A stretch of 64,000 bases of DNA from an uncultured delta proteobacterium (GTDB taxonomy: Bacteria; Desulfobacterota; Binatia; UBA9968). The stretch is from positions 1,024,001-1,088,000 of the forward strand of contig CAVYTU010000014.1 in NCBI GenBank assembly GCA_963771465.1, written 5' to 3'. Positions 56,847 through 64,000 of the stretch are shown here, piece after piece (positions within the stretch are counted from its first letter, which is position 1; each line of letters begins with the position of its first letter). The notes beneath the pieces are model-generated. The model was not told where the DNA came from. It did no database searches and saw nothing but the letters and a program-made list of their open reading frames with translations. Made by a program: the position numbers and the translations under genes.

Positions 56847-57784
56847 AGAGTCCGAGTACTGGAGCGCAAAATGGCATCGGCTAGGGTGGCGAGAAAGTAG
56901 CCGATACTGACGTAAGCGTTGTAGTCAAAGAAGGCGCGATTGATGCGCGACAAATCATTGGCGGAAACGATACGATGTTCCCAGAAAAGCACGATGGCGA
57001 CGGCGGTGAAGCCCAGCCAGTAAATAATCCCCATGTGCGCGGTAAAGCCGACGAGGGCGAGAAAAACCACCGTGACGACGTGAAAGAAGTTCGAAAGGCG
57101 CAATGCGCCGGCGACGCCGAAGCGGACAGGAATCGAATAGAGCCCGTGTATCTCATCGAACTCACGGTCTTGCAGCGAGTAGATCACATCAAATCCCGCC
57201 AGCCAAAAGAGCACGGCGAGGCCGAGCAAGAGCGGCGTTACTAACTCGTTGAGGGTCACCGCCGGGCCTGCGACCGCGAGCCATGCGCCGATCGGCGCGA
57301 TGGCAAGCGCCAGACCGAGAAACAGATGCGCCGCCCAGGTGAAACGCTTGGTGAACGAATAAAAAAAGACGATCCCGAGAGCGACGGGCGAGAGCAGAAA
57401 ACAGATCCAGCTCAGTTGAAAAGCCGCGTAAACGAAGAGCAGCGAAGCTAGAGCGGTTAACGCCATCGCCTCCCAAACTTTGACCTTCCCTTGCGGCAGT
57501 TCCCAACCTTGAGTGCGCGGGTTGACCGCATCGAACCTTCTGTCCACTAGCCGGTTAAACGCCATCGCCGCGCTGCGCGCGCTGACCATGGCCACCAATA
57601 TCCATAAGAGGCTGCGCAAAGTCACAGGATGACGCGGCCAGGCCAGCGCCAGCGACGCCATCGCGAAGGGCATGGCAAAAATCGTGTGCGAGAAGCGGAC
57701 CAGGCTGGCGTAGTTGGCGATTTTAGATATTAATCCGCCGCGCTTTTTTGGGATTTTGGTTTCGGCGCGCGAGTCAGCTTTCAT
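56843..57784 (-). CDS. mqnP: UbiA-family prenyltransferase, futalosine menaquinone pathway type
   Basis: F.HT.FA.PFA, ARSAAM.FNR..D...D..NPRT, YS.TKRF, GFD.IY..QD..FD. ATGA overlap with the upstream decarboxylase. Confidence 0.85.
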   Translation of the reverse strand: MKADSRAETKIPKKRGGLISKIANYASLVRFSHTIFAMPFAMASLALAWPRHPVTLRSLLWILVAMVSARSAAMAFNRLVDRRFDAVNPRTQGWELPQGKVKVWEAMALTALASLLFVYAAFQLSWICFLLSPVALGIVFFYSFTKRFTWAAHLFLGLALAIAPIGAWLAVAGPAVTLNELVTPLLLGLAVLFWLAGFDVIYSLQDREFDEIHGLYSIPVRFGVAGALRLSNFFHVVTVVFLALVGFTAHMGIIYWLGFTAVAIVLFWEHRIVSANDLSRINRAFFDYNAYVSIGYFLATLADAILRSSTRTL

Positions 57785-59223
57785 ACCCCAAGTTTTTCCC
57801 AGATGGAGTCGATATATTTCTTGGTTTTCTCGTCCATGACGATGGTGCCGGGCCATTCGCGGTCGAACCCTTCGCTGCGCCATTTTCTAGTCGCGTCGAT
57901 ACCGAACTTGGAGCCGTAGCCGAGCATCGGCGCGGCGTGATCGAGGACGTCCACCGGGCCTTCGACGAACACCGTGTCGCGCTTGGGATCGATGTTATTG
58001 CCGACGACCCAGGTAATTTCGGAGAGGTCGTGCACATTCACATCGTGATCGACGATGATCAGCGTCTTGGTGAACATCATTTGGCCGAGGCCCCAGAGCG
58101 CGTGCATGACTTTGCGCGCGTGGGCCGGGTATTCCTTTTTGATCGAGACCAGCGCGAGATTATGAAACACTCCGTGCACCGGCAAATTCATGTCGACGAT
58201 CTCAGGTAACGTCACCCGCAGCAGCGGCAGAAACAGCCTTTCGGTGGTCTTGCCAAGATAAGCATCTTCCATCGGCGGGCGGCCGACGATGGTCGTTGGG
58301 TAGATTGGATTTTTCTTGTGCGTAATGCAGGTCACATGAAAAGCCGGATAGTCATCGGCGAGAGAATAAAAGCCGGTGTGATCGCCGAAGGGTCCTTCAC
58401 GCCGTAGCGGTTCGGCAGGATCGACATAACCTTCGATGACGATGTCCGAATTCGCCGGTACTTCGATGTCGACGGTGACGCCCTTGACCAGTTCGACGCC
58501 TTTCTTGCGCAGAAATCCAGTGAACAGAATCTCGTCGATCTGGGGCGGCAGTGGCGCCGTGGCGGCATAGATCATCGCCGGATCGCCGCCCAAGCAGACG
58601 GCTAATTCCATGCGGCCGGATTGTTCCTTTTGCTGCTGAAAGTGGCGCGCGCCGACTTTGTGCAAATGCCAATGCATGCCCGTGGTGCGCTGATCGAACA
58701 CTTGCATGCGATAAAGTCCGACGTTGCGCGTGCCCGACTTGGGATCCTTGGAAAAAACCATCGGCAACGTAATGAAAGGGCCGGCATCCCCCGGCCAACA
58801 GGTGAGCACCGGCAGAATATTCAAATCCGGCTCGCGCTCGATGACTTCCTGGCACACGCCCGCGCCAACCATTTTCGGCGGAATCGCCGCGAGCTTGGCC
58901 AATTGGCCAAGCAGCGCAAGCTTATCTTTTAAGCTCTTGGGCGGTTTTGTGCGGATCAGTTTGTCGATTTCGCTGGCGATAGTTTCAACGTCATCGACGC
59001 CGAGCGCCAGCGCCATGCGCTTCATCGAGCCGAAAGCGTTGATCAAGAGCGGCATCGGTTTGCCGGTAACGTTTTCAAACAAGAGCGCCGGACCGTTCGC
59101 TTTCATCACCCGGTCGGCGATCTCGGCGATTTCAAGCTCTGCTTTGACTGGATAGGGGATCCGTTTAAGCTCGCCGGCGCGCTCCAAAACTTGCACGAAC
59201 TCTGCTAGGTTGTTGTAGGCCAT
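57781..59223 (-). CDS. mqnL: Menaquinone biosynthesis decarboxylase (UbiD/SCO4490 family)
   Basis: CWP.D.G.FIT, RNVG.YR.Q, MHW..HK, EGPFGDHTG.Y, VGRPP.ED, WG.GQM.F.K, LDH. Confidence 0.85.
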   Translation of the reverse strand: MAYNNLAEFVQVLERAGELKRIPYPVKAELEIAEIADRVMKANGPALLFENVTGKPMPLLINAFGSMKRMALALGVDDVETIASEIDKLIRTKPPKSLKDKLALLGQLAKLAAIPPKMVGAGVCQEVIEREPDLNILPVLTCWPGDAGPFITLPMVFSKDPKSGTRNVGLYRMQVFDQRTTGMHWHLHKVGARHFQQQKEQSGRMELAVCLGGDPAMIYAATAPLPPQIDEILFTGFLRKKGVELVKGVTVDIEVPANSDIVIEGYVDPAEPLRREGPFGDHTGFYSLADDYPAFHVTCITHKKNPIYPTTIVGRPPMEDAYLGKTTERLFLPLLRVTLPEIVDMNLPVHGVFHNLALVSIKKEYPAHARKVMHALWGLGQMMFTKTLIIVDHDVNVHDLSEITWVVGNNIDPKRDTVFVEGPVDVLDHAAPMLGYGSKFGIDATRKWRSEGFDREWPGTIVMDEKTKKYIDSIWEKLGV

Positions 59224-59454
59224 GACAATTTGTTCTCGACCGTAAATGAAAAGTAATAAGCGCGCAACCAGCAGAAATCACGCACGCCGAGTAAAGCTAC
59301 GTCGACGCAAAATTAGCCCAGCTGGCCTGCGCCGCTGTTGGTTGCGCTGGTGACCGTAGTAGCATTTCTTCCTACCGCGAAGCGGTGCGATCATGAAAGC
59401 CGCGGATAAATCGCCCGGCAGCGAGTTGCGCGATTCGAAGTAAAGACTGTTGCA

Positions 59455-61473
59455 ATGAAAAATTCCCAGCGCGCAACTGTCCGGCAATCTCGCAGCCCAG
59501 ACCCAGCCGCCGATGTTGAAACCCAAGTTAAGTGGATTGCGTGGTTAGTCCCGCTGGTGGTCGCCGGCGTCACTTGTGCCGCGTTTCTCCCGGCCCTTTG
59601 GAATGATTTTGTCAATTGGGACGATGACCGCAATCTCATCGATAATCCGTTCTATCGAGGTTTAGGCTGGACGCAACTTAGCTGGATGTTCAGCACATTT
59701 CACGAGGGCCACTACCAGCCTTTGAGTTGGCTGACTTTCGCAATTGATTATCTAATTTGGGGCATGAACCCGGTCGGCTACCATTTGACCAACTTGGTAT
59801 TGCACGGCGCCAATGCGGTTTTCTTTTATTTCCTCGCCCGGCGCCTGTTATACGCCGCGGTGCCGCAAGCGCGTGTCGTGGACAGCTGGCGGCTCCGCGT
59901 CAGTGCGGGGCTTGCGGCGCTGCTATTTGCCGTTCATCCGTTGCGCGTCGAGTCGGTGGCTTGGGCGACTGAGCGTCGTGACATGCTCTCTGCGCTGTTT
60001 TTTTTTGGCGCGATCTACTTTTACTTGCGAGCGTACGCGGCTGATCGTGATCAAGCGCGGCGCCGCTGGATGACCGGCGCAATAGTCGTATACGCGCTGT
60101 CTTTACTTTCCAAAGCCACAGCGATGACTCTGCCGATCGTTCTGCTGTTGTTGGATGTCTATCCGCTCAAGCGATTGCGCTTGGAATGGCCTCTAAGATT
60201 CACTGCCGCATTGCGTGAGGTGCTTTTAGAGAAGCTGCCGTTTTTTGTTCTCGCTGTGCTGTTCGCGGTCATCGCATTGATGGCCCAACAAAACACCGGT
60301 GCCCTGCGGCCAGTTGAGAATTATTTTTTCTCTTACCGGGTTGGCCAAGCGTTTTACGGGCTTTGCTTTTATCTCTGGAAAACGCTCGTGCCTGTTTCTC
60401 TCTCGCCGCTTTATGAACTGCCCTATGATTTCGAAGCATGGACGCCGGTGTTTCTCGCCTGTGCTATGACGGTGGTCGTTATCAGTGGGTCGCTCTTTTT
60501 GCTGCGCCAGCGCTGGCCCGCGGCTCTTGCTTGTTGGGTGTACTATCTCGTCGTGGTGGCGCCGGTGTTGGGCGTGGTGCAAAGCGGTCCGCAGTTGGTC
60601 GCGGACCGCTACAGCTATCTTTCCTGTCTGAGTTGGGCGTTGTTGGCGGGCGACGCTATTTACCAGTTGTCAAATTCTAGGCCAGAACTTAGCGCTCGCT
60701 CGGTCGGCTTCGCTGCCGTTGCCAGCTTGGCGAGCGCGTTGCTTGGGATACTCGGTTTTCTGACTTGGCAACAAACCCAAGTCTGGCGCGACTCAAAAAC
60801 GCTTTGGCAGCATGCCATCGCGGCGGGAAACGATTCGGCGTTTGCGAGCTATAACTTGGCGCGGATACTCGAGCTTGAAGGCAAACTGCCACAAAGCGTG
60901 GAATCCTACAGCCGCGCCATAAGTATCAATCCGACCATGGCCGACGCACACCATAATTTGGCGCGGCTATTGGCCCAGCAAGGCAAGACGGATGAAGCGA
61001 TTGCGCACTACCGTGAAGCCTTGAAATTCAAACCTCACGACGCCGAGACGCACAACAACTTGGCGTTCGCGCTGGCATCAAACGGAGAGCTTGAGGCATC
61101 GTTAGCCGAGTTTCGCCGCGCTATCGTGATCGATCCAAAATTCGCAAAGCCTTATTTTAACTTGGGGCGGTTGTTTGTTCGCAGCGGAGAACTCGATAAA
61201 GCGATAGACAATTTTCAACAGGCCGTGAAACTGGCACCGAACCAATCCGAAATACACGCCGGCTTGGCGGACGCTCTCGCGCGCGCGGGTAACGCAGACG
61301 AAGCGATTTTTCATTTGACGGCAGCGGTCAACCTCAGTCCTGGGTTCGCAGACGGGCATGTCGCGCTAGCGCGACTGCTCGCTCAACAAGGCAAGACCGA
61401 AGCAGCGGCCGAACACTACCAGGCCGCGATGAGACTGTTGACGGCTGCCGAAAAAGCCCGGTCGGCGAGATAA
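59455..61473 (+). CDS. TMTC-like GT-C glycosyltransferase with C-terminal TPRs
   Basis: F..WDD, Y.PL, HL.N..LH, LFAVHP..VESVAW..ER.D, LLSK, ADRY.Y, W.DS..LW, followed by multiple TPRs. Confidence 0.85.
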   Translation: MKNSQRATVRQSRSPDPAADVETQVKWIAWLVPLVVAGVTCAAFLPALWNDFVNWDDDRNLIDNPFYRGLGWTQLSWMFSTFHEGHYQPLSWLTFAIDYLIWGMNPVGYHLTNLVLHGANAVFFYFLARRLLYAAVPQARVVDSWRLRVSAGLAALLFAVHPLRVESVAWATERRDMLSALFFFGAIYFYLRAYAADRDQARRRWMTGAIVVYALSLLSKATAMTLPIVLLLLDVYPLKRLRLEWPLRFTAALREVLLEKLPFFVLAVLFAVIALMAQQNTGALRPVENYFFSYRVGQAFYGLCFYLWKTLVPVSLSPLYELPYDFEAWTPVFLACAMTVVVISGSLFLLRQRWPAALACWVYYLVVVAPVLGVVQSGPQLVADRYSYLSCLSWALLAGDAIYQLSNSRPELSARSVGFAAVASLASALLGILGFLTWQQTQVWRDSKTLWQHAIAAGNDSAFASYNLARILELEGKLPQSVESYSRAISINPTMADAHHNLARLLAQQGKTDEAIAHYREALKFKPHDAETHNNLAFALASNGELEASLAEFRRAIVIDPKFAKPYFNLGRLFVRSGELDKAIDNFQQAVKLAPNQSEIHAGLADALARAGNADEAIFHLTAAVNLSPGFADGHVALARLLAQQGKTEAAAEHYQAAMRLLTAAEKARSAR

Positions 61474-61509
61474 TCTTTGACGATAGCCGTCTGATTACAT
61501 TCCTAAAAA

Positions 61510-64000
61510 ATGGCACGCAAGAGCAAACGCCGGGCGCTGACCGCAAAGATATCCGGCGCCGCAGAGAGTGGAAACTCGGCGCAAATTTCACCGACTCACG
61601 AAAACCCGCGTTGGCTATGCCCCGTGATCCTGGTTATTTTCGTGATCGTATTCAGTTTGGTCACGATCACCAGTCTGGTACGCAAGTCCGCCACCGTCGA
61701 CGAGCCGTTACATCTCCTCGCCGGTTATTCCTATCTCAAATGGGGCGACTATCGCGCCAATCCGGAGCATCCACCGTTGGCGAAACAATGGGCGGCACTG
61801 CCGTTGCTCGCTCTCGACCTCAAGGATACGGGCCGCTCCAACCTGCACTGGGATTTGATTTCTGAATTCAGTCCGCATTCGTTGCACATCGACGCCGTCG
61901 CCGCCGACATGATCTTTGGCCATAACGATGCCGAAAGGCTTTTTTTTCTCGGCCGGCTGATGATCGTTACCGTGGCTGTCGTGTTGGGACTGCTGATCTT
62001 TCGTTGGAGCCGAGAACTGTTCGGTATCGAAGCGGCGATCGCGGCGTTATTTCTCTACGGCTTAGACCCCAACATTTTGGCGCACAGCCAGGTGGTGCAC
62101 ACCGATATCGCCTTCGCCACGATGTTTTTTATCGGTACCTATTTCTATTGGCACGCTTTAGAAAAACTTACCTGGGCGAATCTCGCGCTGACCGCATTGT
62201 TTTTCGGTCTCGCCTCGATCACCAAATATGGCTACCCGGTGATGTTGATCACATGGGGGCTTCTCGGACTGGCAAAAGTGTTTTCCTCGACGCTCCAGGT
62301 CTCGGCTCTCCCGGTTCCAGATACGTCAATCGGCCGCTTAGCAAAATCTAAAAACGTCGCGCTGATTTTGATTTGCTCGTTGGCGAGCGCTTATGTCTTG
62401 ATTTGGTGTGCCTACGGCTTTCGTTTCGACGCGCTGCCCGGAGGAACTAAGCATTTGCCGTTGGCCACGGAATTGCCGGAGAGTCTTCTGCTCCAAACGG
62501 TAGTCAGTTTCATTACCCACCATCGAGTCTTTCCCGAAGCGTGGATCTACGGCCAACTCTACGTCCTAAAAAACTTGCACCGAGAAGCTTATCTCCTCGG
62601 CGCTTATTCCGACAACGGGTTTTGGCTTTACTTCCCAGTGGCGTTTGCGGTCAAGACACCGCTGACGACTCTCATCTTATTCGCTGCCGCCATCGCTCTT
62701 TGCATTACGAAGCGAGAGGAGCGTTTCGCGAGAGTGTTTCTGCTCATCGCCGTTGCGGCCTACTTCTCGTTCGCGATTCTCACCCGCATCAATATCGGTC
62801 TGCGTCACATTCTGCCAATCTATCCGTTCATTTTTGTCTTAGCGGGGGGAGTTGCCGCGGAGTTATGGCGAGGTCGAACTAGACTCAAACGGGGCGCGCT
62901 GATGGTTCTTGGCGTGTGGAGTCTGTTGTCTGGCGCCGGCAGCTATCCCCATTTCCTCGCCTATTTTAACGAACTCGCCGGCGGCTCGAGCAATGGTCAT
63001 AAGTATCTGCTCGATTCCAACCTCGATTGGGGTCAGGATTTGAAGGAATTGAAACGCTGGCTGGATAGCAACGGCGTGAAAAGAATTCAGTTTCTTTATT
63101 TCGGCTTTCATGACGCCGCGGCGCCTCGATATTATGGGATCGACGCGCAATTTCTACCCGGGAGTTGGGTTGGCAACGAGGCGGTGCCCGCCAGCGTCAG
63201 TGCTCCAGCTGACTATCTTGCCATTAGCGCGAATCACCTTTATGGGGGGTTTTTTGTGCGCGGCGAGCGGCGGGAAGATTTCGTCAAAGTGTTTCGCACG
63301 TTGAAGCCGGAAGTGGTGATCGGCTATTCGATTTATGTGTATCGGATTTCTCTAGCCATCGCGGAGCTGCGCCGCCGAGCCGAGAGCAATCCTGCTACGG
63401 CGGAGAATTACGCCGATCTCGGCAGTCTGCTCGACAATCAGGCGCGGCGCGAAGAAGCCGAGCAATTCTATCGTCGAGCCGTCGCGGTTGATGGAAGTTC
63501 GACCAACGGAAATTACCATTTGGGAATTATTCTCACCAAACGTGGTCAACTGTCTGAGGCAATCACACACTTCCATCAAGCCGCGCAGGCGAGCCCGAAA
63601 GACCCCGACATTCGTTATGACCTGGCTGTAGTGCTCGCTTTGAATGGGGAGCTCAATGAGGCGGTTGAGCAATTTTGGGCAACGCTGAAAATCCACCCAA
63701 ACTATACCAAGGCGCACTACAATCTCGGCGTTACGCTCGCCAAATTGGGCGACACCGCTGGCGCTATCGAACAGTTACGGGCTACTTTGAACATCGATAC
63801 CATGTACAGCAAAGCCTATTATCAACTGGGCGTATTGCTCGCCCAGCAAGGCGAGGTTGCTGAAGCGATCAGTCAATTACGCCGGGCACTGCAAATCCAT
63901 GCGGAATACGCCGAAGCGCACGATAGCTTGGGTCGATTGCTAGCGGCTCAAGGACAACGGGAGGAAGCGGTCAAACATCTTGAAACGGCAGTGCGCATTC
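61510..64000 (+). CDS. PMT/ArnT-like (GT39/GT83-type) GT-C glycosyltransferase with C-terminal TPRs (3'-truncated)
   Basis: Absent from the ORF track because there is no stop in the window. Translation from ATG 61510 gives TVDEPLH..AG, NPEHPPLAK, DPNILAH....TD, NIGLRH.LP, DSNLDWGQDL, then TPRs. Confidence 0.85.
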   Translation, partial: MARKSKRRALTAKISGAAESGNSAQISPTHENPRWLCPVILVIFVIVFSLVTITSLVRKSATVDEPLHLLAGYSYLKWGDYRANPEHPPLAKQWAALPLLALDLKDTGRSNLHWDLISEFSPHSLHIDAVAADMIFGHNDAERLFFLGRLMIVTVAVVLGLLIFRWSRELFGIEAAIAALFLYGLDPNILAHSQVVHTDIAFATMFFIGTYFYWHALEKLTWANLALTALFFGLASITKYGYPVMLITWGLLGLAKVFSSTLQVSALPVPDTSIGRLAKSKNVALILICSLASAYVLIWCAYGFRFDALPGGTKHLPLATELPESLLLQTVVSFITHHRVFPEAWIYGQLYVLKNLHREAYLLGAYSDNGFWLYFPVAFAVKTPLTTLILFAAAIALCITKREERFARVFLLIAVAAYFSFAILTRINIGLRHILPIYPFIFVLAGGVAAELWRGRTRLKRGALMVLGVWSLLSGAGSYPHFLAYFNELAGGSSNGHKYLLDSNLDWGQDLKELKRWLDSNGVKRIQFLYFGFHDAAAPRYYGIDAQFLPGSWVGNEAVPASVSAPADYLAISANHLYGGFFVRGERREDFVKVFRTLKPEVVIGYSIYVYRISLAIAELRRRAESNPATAENYADLGSLLDNQARREEAEQFYRRAVAVDGSSTNGNYHLGIILTKRGQLSEAITHFHQAAQASPKDPDIRYDLAVVLALNGELNEAVEQFWATLKIHPNYTKAHYNLGVTLAKLGDTAGAIEQLRATLNIDTMYSKAYYQLGVLLAQQGEVAEAISQLRRALQIHAEYAEAHDSLGRLLAAQGQREEAVKHLETAVRI

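Noticed and set aside
1-64000. Many long antisense or alternate-frame ORFs (e.g. 36987-38105, 33920-34762, 9381-10220, 27291-28022)
   Set aside because: Shadow ORFs expected in GC-rich coding DNA; no motifs, and they overlap well-supported genes.

Overview
GC-rich bacterial chromosomal window with about 52 CDS and no rRNA, tRNA, CRISPR array, transposase, integrase or phage genes visible. The repertoire (many orphan substrate-binding proteins, amidohydrolases, a tandem CoA-transferase, several UbiDs) suggests a Candidatus Binatia/deltaproteobacterial-type MAG; this is inference only. Content: (i) catabolic and transport genes; (ii) an APC permease-pduO-fabI-rhodanese-MBL run; (iii) a divergent pair of UbiD decarboxylases linked to an Xdh/Cox-type molybdoenzyme and a cyclase; (iv) a TolC-MFP-RND efflux operon; (v) an extended bamD, TPR lipoproteins, futalosine-pathway mqnL/mqnP-like genes, and two tandem GT-C glycosyltransferase-TPR fusions, the last running off the window. 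The most unusual signals are non-coding. One is a roughly 240-bp nested inverted-repeat element at 961-1205 whose mismatches favour a minus-strand RNA helix. Another is a set of distinct 6-9-mer tandem-repeat palindromes at gene junctions. Two orphan ABC_sub_bind genes sit inside conserved gene runs, each followed by the same A-rich heptamer array. Frameshifts cluster in a few accessory genes and may be assembly errors.
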